The notes: generated from the sequence alone by a model not told the origin. A stretch of 49,124 nt of DNA from an uncultured Bacilli bacterium (GCA_947627375.1 CANQVR010000001.1:1-49124); one strand, 5' to 3'. Positions 35,772-45,236 are shown, counted from the first letter of the stretch. Numbers and translations: made by a program.

Positions 35772-35800
35772 AATATACCAGTTAACAGCACTTTTGTCAA
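35772..35800 (-). promoter_or_regulatory. Native tRNA-operon promoter TTGACA-17-TATATT
   Basis: The minus strand reads TTGACA (35795..35800), aaagtgctgttaactgg, TATATT (35772..35777). It lies about 25 nt upstream of tRNA-Val. Confidence 0.65.
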
Positions 35801-35828
35801 TACTTTATCAAAATTTTAATTTTATTTT

Positions 35829-36185
35829 TTAATTTTTTGGAATCTTCTCATAAGTTTCTTCAATCCAATTATCTAATTTTTTTTCTAAAGTTGAAAAACC
35901 TAACTCAGTTTCTTTTATTTTGTTTTTTCTTTTTCGATTTACACTATAATCTAGGTTTTTTATACTTAATTTGACATGACAATCTTCATCGTCTACATCA
36001 ATTACTTTAGCTTTAATTGTTTCTCCTTCTTTTACATAGTCTTCGATGTTACGAACGAAATTATCTGATATTTCAGAAATATGAATTAAACCACTGTAAT
36101 ATTCATCTAAACTAACAAATACACCATATTTTTCAATTCCTGTAACACATCCAGAGACTATCTGATTTTTTTTATACTTTGTCAT
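35829..36185 (-). CDS. S1-domain RNA-binding protein (general stress protein 13 / YugI-like)
   Basis: 118 aa. ...GCVTGIEKYGVFVSLDEYYSGLIHISEISDNFV...G..I.AKVIDVD is the canonical S1 motif. Confidence 0.8.
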   Translation of the reverse strand: MTKYKKNQIVSGCVTGIEKYGVFVSLDEYYSGLIHISEISDNFVRNIEDYVKEGETIKAKVIDVDDEDCHVKLSIKNLDYSVNRKRKNKIKETELGFSTLEKKLDNWIEETYEKIPKN

Positions 36186-36289
36186 AAACTTCCTCTTTTC
36201 AATATATATTGTAACATAAATTATCGATTTAGACCATACTCTTTACATAATCTTCACTTTAAGGTATAATTTTTTTGGTGATTTATTAT

Positions 36290-36526
36290 ATGGAAAAAGA
36301 AAATATTGAACTTAAAATTAGAGAATTAATCGATAAAATTAGACCTTTTTTAATCAATGATGGAGGAAATTTAGAATTTGTCAAATTTGAAGATGGTATC
36401 GTTTATGTTAAACTCTTAGGAGCTTGTGAAAACTGTGGAATGATGGACGTTACTTTAAAGGATGGTATTGAACAATTAATTACTAATGAAATAGAAGAAG
36501 TAAAAGAAGTTAGAAAAATAGATTAA
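36290..36526 (+). CDS. NifU-like Fe-S cluster protein (Nfu/YutI type)
   Basis: ...IRPFLINDGGNLEFV...V.LLGACENCGMMDVTLK.GIE is the CxxC NifU C-terminal-domain pattern. TATAAT lies at 36265..36270. The ATG at 36290 is preferred over the TTG at 36275. Confidence 0.8.
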   Translation: MEKENIELKIRELIDKIRPFLINDGGNLEFVKFEDGIVYVKLLGACENCGMMDVTLKDGIEQLITNEIEEVKEVRKID

Positions 36527-36543
36527 GACTATATTCTAATTTT

Positions 36544-37473
36544 TTATTGCTCTATCTTAGTAGATGTAATCCAATCTACTTTTTTTATGGGTTGAATTCT
36601 ATAGATAATTAAAAATATCTTTTTTAAAAATTTAATATATTCTTCTGACCTAGAAATTATTTTTAAAATATCTTTTTCTTGTTTTTTATTATTAATAATA
36701 TCTTCATAAATATCAAAATAAAATGAAGGAAATAATAATCTTCCAAATAATAGTTCATAATCTTCTTTTTGCCATGATAGTTTTCTTAAGAAATTTTCTA
36801 TATAAATATAATCTAATTCTTTCATTAAAAATAGTGATTTTAAATATTCACTGATATCTCTTGCTTTATAATCTATAATAATTGTAGTTGGATCATAAAA
36901 ATCTATTAAAGTAGTTTCGTAATGTAGTCTTCTATGTCCAATAGAAATATTTATATTTCTACTGAGTGACAATACTTGATTGATATAACTAATAGCGTTT
37001 TCTGATAATCCAATATAAAAGTTAATACTTAAAGATATGTTTTTATATTTGTCTCTAATATGTTGTAATTGATATTCGAAATAATCTATTTTATTAGACC
37101 ATAAATCAACCCAATTAGTTCTGTAAATGTTTTTTAATTTTAAATTATTTAAGTTTATTCTACTATTATTAATTTTTAATATATCATTAAAATCTATAAA
37201 TCTATCATCTTTTATTTCTAGTTTTAATAAAATATATGGAACATTATTAATAATAGTAATAATACTATTATTTCTATTTAAGATAATTTTATGAAATTTA
37301 TAATTATTTTGATATTCTATTAAAGTAAATATTTCCATAAGTTCTTCATATTTTCGATAACATGGTTTTAAAATATATTTATTTTTCTTTTTATAAATAT
37401 AATATTTTTTATTTTTATGATGTACTTGGATATCTTCTAAACCATAATAGTAATATAATTCGTTTTTCATCAT
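36544..37473 (-). CDS. CotS/YutH-like spore-coat-associated kinase-fold protein (tentative)
   Basis: 309 aa. The length, its position next to the NifU-like gene (as yutH-yutI in Bacillus) and the overall pattern suggest the family. No catalytic motif was verified. Confidence 0.35.
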   Translation of the reverse strand: MMKNELYYYYGLEDIQVHHKNKKYYIYKKKNKYILKPCYRKYEELMEIFTLIEYQNNYKFHKIILNRNNSIITIINNVPYILLKLEIKDDRFIDFNDILKINNSRINLNNLKLKNIYRTNWVDLWSNKIDYFEYQLQHIRDKYKNISLSINFYIGLSENAISYINQVLSLSRNINISIGHRRLHYETTLIDFYDPTTIIIDYKARDISEYLKSLFLMKELDYIYIENFLRKLSWQKEDYELLFGRLLFPSFYFDIYEDIINNKKQEKDILKIISRSEEYIKFLKKIFLIIYRIQPIKKVDWITSTKIEQ

Positions 37474-37512
37474 ACACCTCTTGTTTATATGTATGATAAA
37501 AGCTTTTTAGAT

Positions 37513-37538
37513 ATGAAAAAAGCATCCGTTGGGATGCT
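37513..37538 (-). terminator. Intrinsic terminator
   Basis: AGCATCC-gttg-GGATGCT is followed on the minus strand by TTTTTTCAT. It lies just after the stop at 37543. Confidence 0.65.
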
Positions 37539-37542
37539 TGTT

Positions 37543-38538
37543 TTACATAGTTCTACCTGATGATACTATTGGAGTAACTTTTCTTTCCACTCCTGTATCA
37601 TTTATAGCTTCTAATAAACTTTTTCTATATTCTTTAAGATCTTTAATTTGATTTTGTTTTTTCTCTTCTTCTTGTTTTGCTTGTTGTAATTCTTTTTCAT
37701 ATTTTGCTCGATCAGCTTTTACTCTTTCTTGAGCTTCTTTAGCTATAGTATCAATATCATTTTCTATTTGTTTTGCTTGTTCATCTAAGGCTTTATAACC
37801 ACTTGTTGTTTGATCTATATCCTGACGAAGTCTATCATTTTCTTCTTTATCACGTCTAATATCATCTATTACTGAATATCTAAATGAGTATTCATTAGCA
37901 CTTTTATTGTCATTTATTGAACTAGTAAAAGTATGAGCTTCTACTGGTGGGTTTGTTGTGACACTCAATTTATCAATTAAATCATTTGCCTTTTGTTCTG
38001 GAGTTGTTTCTTTTTCTACTACTTTTTCTTTTATAGTAGGATTAGTACTACCGAAAATAGGATTTCCAGTATTTCCATAAATAGAAACTTTTTCTTGTGT
38101 TTCTTCTGTAGCAATATTTGGTTCTGTTACTGATTCTTTTGCTTCTTCTGCTGCAGCAAAACTTTCATTTATATCATTGGCAATACTATTATTATTAGAA
38201 ACAACATTTTCTAGATTAATTTTTTCTTCTGGTTCTTTTAATCTATTTGTTATATCTCTTTTAGATTTATATTTTTTATTTAATGGCTCATTTGCATTTA
38301 TTGTTGGTATACTAACGTCATTTGGAACATCGTGTACCATAGTGTTTGGCATAACATTATTAACTATTGTTTCACTTTCCATTTTTGTAGGATAATTTAT
38401 ATCATTATTTTCTTCTACAGTTGGTGTTACTTCTTCATGGATTTTTCTTTTTCCAACAATCTCATTATATGTTTTTTCACTAAGTTTAAGTTTCTTTAAT
38501 CCAGCTAATTTAGCTTCTCCTATATTAAACACGTTCAT
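37543..38538 (-). CDS. Hypothetical protein, low-complexity N-terminal half plus C-terminal coiled coil
   Basis: 331-aa ORF. The C-terminal ~110 aa are E/K/Q-rich heptads. Confidence 0.6.
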   Translation of the reverse strand: MNVFNIGEAKLAGLKKLKLSEKTYNEIVGKRKIHEEVTPTVEENNDINYPTKMESETIVNNVMPNTMVHDVPNDVSIPTINANEPLNKKYKSKRDITNRLKEPEEKINLENVVSNNNSIANDINESFAAAEEAKESVTEPNIATEETQEKVSIYGNTGNPIFGSTNPTIKEKVVEKETTPEQKANDLIDKLSVTTNPPVEAHTFTSSINDNKSANEYSFRYSVIDDIRRDKEENDRLRQDIDQTTSGYKALDEQAKQIENDIDTIAKEAQERVKADRAKYEKELQQAKQEEEKKQNQIKDLKEYRKSLLEAINDTGVERKVTPIVSSGRTM

Positions 38539-38555
38539 TTAAAATCATCTCCATC

Positions 38556-38831
38556 CTATTCTGATTTAGAAAGTTTACGTAACACATCTTTAATGCGATT
38601 CCATTCACTTTCATCATTTATTCCTAATAATTTAGCATCTCCTGTTGTACGATCAACATTTGATACATATACTGTCACATTGCCATTTTCATCTTTTTCA
38701 TTTCTTGTGTAAACAACATATTCTTTTTGATTATCCTTAAATTCAAAGGCTAATATGACTTCTACTTCTTCGATAGAGCCATCTTCTTTTACAATCGACA
38801 TGATTTTTTTACCTAACTCTTTAGTCTCCAT
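38556..38831 (-). CDS. DUF1292 family protein
   Basis: ...DGSIEEVEVILAFEF.DNQKEYVVYT.....ENGNVTVYVS.V....G...L..I.DE.EW..I is the DUF1292 pattern. The start at 38831 is chosen by SD spacing. Confidence 0.7.
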   Translation of the reverse strand: METKELGKKIMSIVKEDGSIEEVEVILAFEFKDNQKEYVVYTRNEKDENGNVTVYVSNVDRTTGDAKLLGINDESEWNRIKDVLRKLSKSE

Positions 38832-38893
38832 ACTCATATCCTCCATTACTATGATATATACCATTTTATCATAAATTGAAATAATTTCAATAC

Positions 38894-39169
38894 TTATTTT
38901 TCATTTTTTATTTTTTTAAGCAAAAAATATCTTGCTCCATATGCGCAATAGTTTTCTATATAACTATCTAAGTTTTTAATATTATTTATTTTATTACCTT
39001 TGTCTTTAAAACCTTTCAATCTAAGTCTATCATAGGCATAGTCTCCAAATACATAATCAAAATCATCAAAATATTCAGTCATAAAAGACTTAGTTTCTTC
39101 TAAATCAAAACAATTATTTTCATTCTTGATAAGTTCATATTCTTTACCATTAATTTCATATTTTTTCAT
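38894..39169 (-). CDS. YutD-like protein (DUF1027)
   Basis: MKKYEINGKEYELIKN....FD.E.......EYFDDFDYVFGDYAYDRLRLKGF fits the YutD family. The start at 39169 has GGAGTG upstream. Confidence 0.65.
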   Translation of the reverse strand: MKKYEINGKEYELIKNENNCFDLEETKSFMTEYFDDFDYVFGDYAYDRLRLKGFKDKGNKINNIKNLDSYIENYCAYGARYFLLKKIKNEK

Positions 39170-39203
39170 GATTACACTCCTATCTAAATTCATTATAACA
39201 TAC

Positions 39204-39950
39204 TTATTCGGTAGTTGGTAAAGAAAATAAATTAGAATTAGAACTTCCTGCAAAATAAGTAGGTACTTTCCCTTGAATCATTTTAACTGTTAGAGGAACA
39301 TCTAAAGATACAGGTACTTCTTTTGTCGAGATAGGCATAGTAATTTTTTCAGTTACTTCTACATGGATGCTAACTTCAACATAAGCATTGTTAATACCAT
39401 AATTTTTTACTTTCGTTTTTAAATTAGTTATTACCTGCCCAATAAATGAAAGTTTAACTGGTATCATCGGGCCCATATTAGAAAGTAAAGATTTAGAAAA
39501 AACTATTCCAGCAGGTACTTCACATACTACTCCTTTTTTTAAATCAGTGAAATTTACTCCTTTAAAAGTATCTACAAAATCTAAATCTTTTATTTTACCA
39601 GCTTCTAATTTTTTTAAATTGGTATTTATTTTTTTATTGACAAGCTCTAAAACTTGATTTACTTTTTTAGTATTAAAATCCACTGTTTGAATTTCATCAC
39701 TACTATTTTTATTAATTTCAAAAACACTATCATCAATGTTTTCTATAACTTCATCGTCTATAGCTTGATTTATTAGAATAGTCGAAAATCTTTTTACTTC
39801 CGTTTCGGCATACCCTAAAATAATTGGACTTATTTTCCTATCTATTAAATATATTAATATTATAGAAATTAAAACTGCGATGAGCAAAGATGTAATTACT
39901 ATCTTTAATTTATTTCTCTTTTTTCTTGGTTTTAATCTTATTTTTTTCAT
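39204..39950 (-). CDS. yunB: Sporulation protein YunB
   Basis: 248 aa with a basic N-terminus plus TM, then ...AETEVKRFSTILINQAIDD..., typical of YunB. Confidence 0.7.
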   Translation of the reverse strand: MKKIRLKPRKKRNKLKIVITSLLIAVLISIILIYLIDRKISPIILGYAETEVKRFSTILINQAIDDEVIENIDDSVFEINKNSSDEIQTVDFNTKKVNQVLELVNKKINTNLKKLEAGKIKDLDFVDTFKGVNFTDLKKGVVCEVPAGIVFSKSLLSNMGPMIPVKLSFIGQVITNLKTKVKNYGINNAYVEVSIHVEVTEKITMPISTKEVPVSLDVPLTVKMIQGKVPTYFAGSSNSNLFSLPTTE

Positions 39951-39951
39951 A

Positions 39952-40182
39952 TTATAAATCTTTTTTGACTAAAATTACATCTTCACCAATTTTAGCTATC
40001 TCACTCCATCTTATTGTAATTTCTTCTTTGGAAAAAGATTTGAAAAGTCCTTTGTTAGGATCTATTACTAAAGCTTCTATGATTCCTTTATTGTCTACTT
40101 TTACATCTATGATACTTCCAATATTTTTTCCATCCGTAACATTGACAATGGTTTTAGTTTGCAAATCCGAAAGTAGCATCAT
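39952..40182 (-). CDS. YlmC/YmxH-family sporulation protein (PRC-barrel)
   Basis: ...LSDLQTKTIVNVTDGKNIGSIIDVKVD..G.I.ALVI..........EEITIRWSEIAKIGEDVILV fits the family, and it lies downstream of sigG. The start is uncertain (40179..40191). Confidence 0.75.
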   Translation of the reverse strand: MMLLSDLQTKTIVNVTDGKNIGSIIDVKVDNKGIIEALVIDPNKGLFKSFSKEEITIRWSEIAKIGEDVILVKKDL

Positions 40183-40255
40183 TTGCATCACCTATCACAA
40201 TAATATGCAAGTGAGAATAAATTTAGTAAATTTAAAATTGTGCCGAATGGCACAA

Positions 40256-41032
40256 TTATTTTAAAAGTTTTTTTATTTTATCTATAGCAGACTTTTCAAG
40301 ACGTGATACTTGAGCTTGGCTTATATTTAACTCCTCGGCTATTTCCATTTGAGTTTTGCCAATGACAAATCTTTCATCTAATATCGTCTGTTCACGCTTT
40401 TTTAAATCTCCAATCGCATCTTGTAAAGATAATTTGATATCTAAATTGTTGCTTTCATTTTTTTCATCTGCGATTTGATCATATAAATAAATTGTATCTC
40501 CACCATCGTTATAAATCGGTTCAAACATACTGACAGGATTTTTTAGGGAATCCATTGCTGTTACTACTTCATAGATGCTGACATCTAGTTTTTTTGCGAT
40601 ATCTTCAATTGTTGGCTCTTTTGTGTTTGTTTGAATCGCTTCTTCTTTTATCTTTAAAGTCTTATAAGCAATATCTTTTAAAGATCTACTTACTCTGATG
40701 GAGTTATCATCTCTTAAGAATCTTCTAACCTCTCCTAAAATCATAGGTACTGCATATGTTGAAAATCTAACTTCGTGAGACAAATCAAAATTATCAATTG
40801 CCTTTAAAAGACCAACACACCCTACTTGGAATAAATCATCCATATTTTCACACCTTGTGTGGAATCTTTTTAATATCGATAAAACTAATTTTAAATTACC
40901 ATTCACTAATTCTTCTCTTGCATGAAGATCCCCTGCTTGCATTTTCTTAAATAAATTAGTCATCTCCTCATTTGTTAAAACTTTAATATTTGCTGTATTC
41001 ACGCCACTTATTTCTACTTTATGACGTGCCAT
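40256..41032 (-). CDS. sigG: Sporulation sigma factor SigG
   Basis: Near-collinear with B. subtilis SigG as I remember it: KVEI.GV.T....VL.NEEM..LF..MQ.GD..ARE.LVNGNL.LVLS...RF, DDLFQVGC.GL.K.IDNFDL, FSTYAVPMI.GE.RR.LRD, SLFEPIYNDGGD.IY, GKTQMEIAEE..ISQAQVSRLEK. Confidence 0.9.
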   Translation of the reverse strand: MARHKVEISGVNTANIKVLTNEEMTNLFKKMQAGDLHAREELVNGNLKLVLSILKRFHTRCENMDDLFQVGCVGLLKAIDNFDLSHEVRFSTYAVPMILGEVRRFLRDDNSIRVSRSLKDIAYKTLKIKEEAIQTNTKEPTIEDIAKKLDVSIYEVVTAMDSLKNPVSMFEPIYNDGGDTIYLYDQIADEKNESNNLDIKLSLQDAIGDLKKREQTILDERFVIGKTQMEIAEELNISQAQVSRLEKSAIDKIKKLLK

Positions 41033-41038
41033 AAAAAT

Positions 41039-41070
41039 CTCCTTTCATACCTGTTATGATACGAAAGGAG
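41039..41070 (-). promoter_or_regulatory. Hairpin that would sequester the sigG SD in read-through transcripts
   Basis: CTCCTTTC-N16-GAAAGGAG. On the mRNA the 3' arm is the sigG SD (AAAGGAGA, 5 nt before the ATG at 41032). Confidence 0.5.
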
Positions 41071-41082
41071 TATTTTTATACT

Positions 41083-41541
41083 TTAAAGTTCTATATTCAT
41101 AATATTTTTGATATTTTTAAAACCTGTTTTTTGATATAACTTAACTGCATTAATATTTTCATTACATACACTTAATTCTATATATTTTATATTTTTTTCT
41201 TTAGTCCATTTTTTAAATTCGTTTATTAAGGAAGTTGCAAGACCATTATTTTGATATTTTTCTTCAACATATAAAGCATCTATTTTCGCAATATCATTTA
41301 AATATGCATCTCCTCGATTTACAATATAACCGAAAATATATGCGATTATTTTATTATCTTTTTCACATATTAAAGTACAGACATGATCACTTAAAATTTG
41401 GTCTTCATAGCATCTTTTAACAACGCATAATTCATTAATGTTTTTATCATACTTTTTTTCATCTACGATAAGTTTAGTTAATAGATTATTCAAATCTTGA
41501 CAATCACTTAAAGTTGCTTTTCTAATAGTATAATCTAACAT
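41083..41541 (-). CDS. GNAT-family N-acetyltransferase
   Basis: 152 aa. ...YVEEKYQNNGLATSLINEFKKWTKEKN...ELSV...N..A..LY.K.GF is the acetyl-CoA-binding motif A pattern. Confidence 0.75.
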   Translation of the reverse strand: MLDYTIRKATLSDCQDLNNLLTKLIVDEKKYDKNINELCVVKRCYEDQILSDHVCTLICEKDNKIIAYIFGYIVNRGDAYLNDIAKIDALYVEEKYQNNGLATSLINEFKKWTKEKNIKYIELSVCNENINAVKLYQKTGFKNIKNIMNIEL

Positions 41542-42218
41542 TTCTCATCCCCTTCACAAACTCTTTTCCTAATTTCTTTTATCCCTTCTTTATAAATATC
41601 TTTTAATTCTTTAGTTTGTTTTTTAGTAAGATTTTTATATGGGTCTTTTTGACTTTCGACTGTCGAAGTATGTAGAGATAAAATTTTTCCATCACGGACA
41701 AATACTACTGTTGGAAAATATAATCTTTTGATATTTTCATCATCTAATCCATCATATACTTCTGCTTTATCTCCTAAGAGTTCTAGTATTTTATAATATT
41801 CATCTGTTCCTTTTTTGTCTTCGACGATGTTTCCTGCTTCATCTTTTCTTTTTGTATCTCTAATAGATAGAGCATTAAAGTAATATATTTCTTCTAAATT
41901 TTCTTCTTCTTTAGCTTTTAATAAAACTGGAAGAGCATTACGACACCAAGGACATTCTGGAAAACCAAAATAAATAACTCCTGTACCAGTTTCTAATATT
42001 TTTATTATTTCTTTAGCACTTTTATATTTTATACCATTATTTGTAGGTATTTCGATGGTTTTATATTCTTTATCATCAGTAATTTTACCATTTAATTTTT
42101 CATATTCTTCTTTAAATTTTATTTCATCACTATTTTCTTTTTTGATACTACATCCAGCACTTAATAATATTAAACTAATCACCAAAATTATTACTACATA
42201 TTTTTTCACTTCGTTCAC
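41535..42218 (-). CDS. Thioredoxin-fold lipoprotein
   Basis: It has a lipobox (LLSAGC) and the CPWC redox motif (FGFPECPWCRN). Confidence 0.7.
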   Translation of the reverse strand: MNEVKKYVVIILVISLILLSAGCSIKKENSDEIKFKEEYEKLNGKITDDKEYKTIEIPTNNGIKYKSAKEIIKILETGTGVIYFGFPECPWCRNALPVLLKAKEEENLEEIYYFNALSIRDTKRKDEAGNIVEDKKGTDEYYKILELLGDKAEVYDGLDDENIKRLYFPTVVFVRDGKILSLHTSTVESQKDPYKNLTKKQTKELKDIYKEGIKEIRKRVCEGDEKC

Positions 42219-42280
42219 CTCTATATCTAGCGTAACATATTATTTAAATATTTTGTAGAAAAAAGAAAAAATTCTTAAAA

Positions 42281-43438
42281 TTATTTAAGAATCTTATAAG
42301 CATATTTCCATGATAATATTTTATCTACTGCTTCATTTAATCTTTTTAATAAGTTTTGATCTTTTGTTACTTCGGCTTTTATAATTTTTGTATCTTCTAT
42401 AAAATTCGAAGTAATAATCAAATCATTTCCTGATGAAAGTGCGAGTATAGGAGCACTTCCATTTTTGGTGTACTCTCCTATTGCATCCATTGCTAGATCG
42501 TCAGTTAGAATAATTCCTGTAAAGTTTAGTTCTTGTCTTAAAATATCATGAATCTTTTTAGATAATGAAGCAGGTAGCGTCTCATCTACTTTTTTAATGA
42601 CATTATGTGATACTAAAATAGCAGGTACTCCTTCAGTTATTCCTGAAGAAAACGGAATAAAATCATTAGTCTTAAAACTTTCATAATCTCTTTCATCTAT
42701 AGCAATACCTGTATGAGTATCGACATTATTTCCATAACCAGGGAAATGTTTTAGAGCTCCAGTTATATTTTTTTCTTTCATAACTTTTACTACTTCTTTG
42801 ATATATGAAGCAGTAGTATTAGCATCTTGTCCTAGACTTCTTTTATAAATAAAGTCTTCTGGATTTTGTGAAACATCAGCAACAGGTGCGAGATTCATAT
42901 TGATACCAAGACTTAATAATAGATCTGCTTTTTCTTGTTCTATTTCTTTTATTTTTTCGATATCACCTTCGTTATAGTAATCTTGTGGGGACTTGAATGG
43001 TTCACTTCTAAATTGAGGATATTTACTTACTCTATTTACAATTCCACCTTCTTCATCAACTGCGTACGCTAGGGGGATTTTACTATATGTATTAATATTT
43101 TTTAATTTTTCTTGCATCTCTTCTTTGCTGTTTTGGGCAAAATCTTTAGCAAATAATATGTATCCTCCAGGATTATAATCTCTCGTAATAGTATAAACAT
43201 CTTTATCTTCGTAACGTACTAAAAATATCTGTCCTATTTTCTCATCTAGAGTCATGCTTTTACGAAGCTTTTTCGCTTTTGCTTCATATTTTCCAAAAAT
43301 ACCAGTATATACTTTTTCTACTTTTTTCGGTTTTTTTACTTCTTTTTTTTCTTCTTTTTGATTAAAAAAGAAACATCCAGCTATCACTCCTGTTATAACT
43401 AAAATTATTAATATTATAGATACTATTATTTTTTTCAT
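42281..43438 (-). CDS. Glycoside hydrolase family 3 (beta-N-acetylhexosaminidase-like), membrane-anchored
   Basis: It has an N-terminal TM segment, then LDEKIGQ, ...GIN.NLAPV.DV and KHFPGYG GH3 motifs. Confidence 0.8.
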   Translation of the reverse strand: MKKIIVSIILIILVITGVIAGCFFFNQKEEKKEVKKPKKVEKVYTGIFGKYEAKAKKLRKSMTLDEKIGQIFLVRYEDKDVYTITRDYNPGGYILFAKDFAQNSKEEMQEKLKNINTYSKIPLAYAVDEEGGIVNRVSKYPQFRSEPFKSPQDYYNEGDIEKIKEIEQEKADLLLSLGINMNLAPVADVSQNPEDFIYKRSLGQDANTTASYIKEVVKVMKEKNITGALKHFPGYGNNVDTHTGIAIDERDYESFKTNDFIPFSSGITEGVPAILVSHNVIKKVDETLPASLSKKIHDILRQELNFTGIILTDDLAMDAIGEYTKNGSAPILALSSGNDLIITSNFIEDTKIIKAEVTKDQNLLKRLNEAVDKILSWKYAYKILK

Positions 43439-43448
43439 CTACTTACTC

Positions 43449-44183
43449 CTAAAATCTATTTACATTTTTTAAGAAATTTTTACTTTTTAGAAAAAGTCCA
43501 GTATATCTTTCGTAGTAATCATCTAAAAAGTATTTTATTTCTTTTAAAACATCATTTTTAACTTCTAGTTTAGTTATTTTCTCTATATCGACATAATAAA
43601 ACATCCTGATAAGTTTGATAGTCTTATCACTTACTAAAGCTTCGTTATGATAACAATCTTTACAAATATATCCTCCAGCAGTTGAGTTTAGAGTAATTAT
43701 GTTCTTTGGATTTCCACAAATACTACATCCATCGAGAGCGGGAGCAACACCTAAAAAGTTTAAAGCTTGTAGTTCTAAAATCATCGTTAATATTTCAGGA
43801 TTATATCCTTCTTCTATTTTTAGTAATGTATTTTTAAGTAAATCAAATAGTTGTTCATCTTCATTTTGTTTTGCAATTTGATTTATCAAATCTATAATAT
43901 AGGAAGCATAACTTACCTTTTTTAAATCCATAATGGTTTTATCAAAAGAATTGATGACATCAACACCAATCAAAGTAGATAAACCTTTTTCTTTATAATA
44001 AATATGGTAAGTTCCATACATTAGTTTACGACTGATTCCACGTAACTTACTTTTAATTCTTCTACTTCCTTTAGAAATAATTCCAATTAAACCATGTTCT
44101 TTAGTTAAAACATTTAATATTTTACTTGATTCACTATAATTTGTTTCACTTAAACTAATTCCTTCTATACTAATTATTTCCAT
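43449..44183 (-). CDS. recO: DNA repair protein RecO
   Basis: 244 aa with an N-terminal OB pattern and a C..C......C..C zinc motif (CSICGN...CKDC). The era-yqzL-recO synteny fits. Confidence 0.85.
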   Translation of the reverse strand: MEIISIEGISLSETNYSESSKILNVLTKEHGLIGIISKGSRRIKSKLRGISRKLMYGTYHIYYKEKGLSTLIGVDVINSFDKTIMDLKKVSYASYIIDLINQIAKQNEDEQLFDLLKNTLLKIEEGYNPEILTMILELQALNFLGVAPALDGCSICGNPKNIITLNSTAGGYICKDCYHNEALVSDKTIKLIRMFYYVDIEKITKLEVKNDVLKEIKYFLDDYYERYTGLFLKSKNFLKNVNRF

Positions 44184-44197
44184 ACCTTACCTCTTGT

Positions 44198-44293
44198 TTA
44201 ATTATTTTTAGATTCATTTTTCATTTTATTCATTAAGACAAAATATTTTATGTCTCCTGTTTGTTTAAATAAATTCCATAATAGTTCTTCCAT
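44198..44293 (-). CDS. yqzL: YqzL-family small protein
   Basis: MEELLWNLFKQTGDIKYFVLMNKMKNE... resembles B. subtilis YqzL. It lies between era and recO as in Bacillus, with GAGGTGG upstream. Confidence 0.6.
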   Translation of the reverse strand: MEELLWNLFKQTGDIKYFVLMNKMKNESKNN

Positions 44294-44333
44294 ATTTCCA
44301 CCTCTATTTATATATTGAGGAAATAATTATTTT

Positions 44334-45224
44334 TTATTCATCTATATCTTTAAGTCCTAATTCAACTAGATATTTTTCTTTTTCACGCCAGTTTTTTAAA
44401 ACTTTAACATAAGTAGATAAATAAACTTTTTTATTTAAAAATTTTTCCATTTCATATCTGGCTTTAGTTCCTATTTCTTTAATCATTCCTCCATTTTTAC
44501 CAATAATTATTTTTTTGATGTTTTCTCGGTCGACTACAATTACAACTGAAATGTTTACTTTGTTTTTTTCTTCATGATATTCTTCAGTAAAACAAGTAAT
44601 CGTATGAGGAATTTCTTCTTTTGTAAGTCTTAAAACTTGTTCACGAACAAATTCGGCCATCATAAATTTTAAAGATACATTAGTAAACTCTTCTTCACTA
44701 TAATATGGATTAGAGTCTGGTAAATAACTTTTAATACATTTAAGTAATGTAGTTATATTATCTTTTTTTAAAGCTGAAAGAGGAATGATTTCCTTAAAGT
44801 CATGTTTTTCTTTTATTTCAGTAATTCTTTTAATTAATACTTCTTTTTTGATTTTATCTATTTTGTTAAGAAGTAAAAAAACAGGTATATCATTTTTTTT
44901 GATTTGATTTAATATATATTCATCACCTTTACCAAAACCACTTGATATATCTACTAAAAACAAAATTATTTCTACTCCTTCAGTATTGTTATAAGCTTTT
45001 TTATTTAAAACTTTATTTAATTTATATATTGGTTTAGCAATACCTGGAGTATCGACAAAGATAATTTGTGATTCATCATCATTATATATTCCTTGAATTA
45101 CATTTCTAGTAGTTCCTACTTTATCACTTGTTATGGCAAGTTTGGTATTTAAAATACTATTTAATAAAGTACTTTTGCCGACATTTGGTCTTCCAACTAA
45201 GCTTACAAATCCACATTTTTTCAT
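44334..45224 (-). CDS. era: GTPase Era
   Basis: It has G1 GRPNVGKST, G3 DTPG, G4 NKID and a C-terminal KH domain (VIVVDRENIKKIIIGKNG). Confidence 0.92.
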   Translation of the reverse strand: MKKCGFVSLVGRPNVGKSTLLNSILNTKLAITSDKVGTTRNVIQGIYNDDESQIIFVDTPGIAKPIYKLNKVLNKKAYNNTEGVEIILFLVDISSGFGKGDEYILNQIKKNDIPVFLLLNKIDKIKKEVLIKRITEIKEKHDFKEIIPLSALKKDNITTLLKCIKSYLPDSNPYYSEEEFTNVSLKFMMAEFVREQVLRLTKEEIPHTITCFTEEYHEEKNKVNISVVIVVDRENIKKIIIGKNGGMIKEIGTKARYEMEKFLNKKVYLSTYVKVLKNWREKEKYLVELGLKDIDE

Positions 45225-45236
45225 ATTATCTTACTC

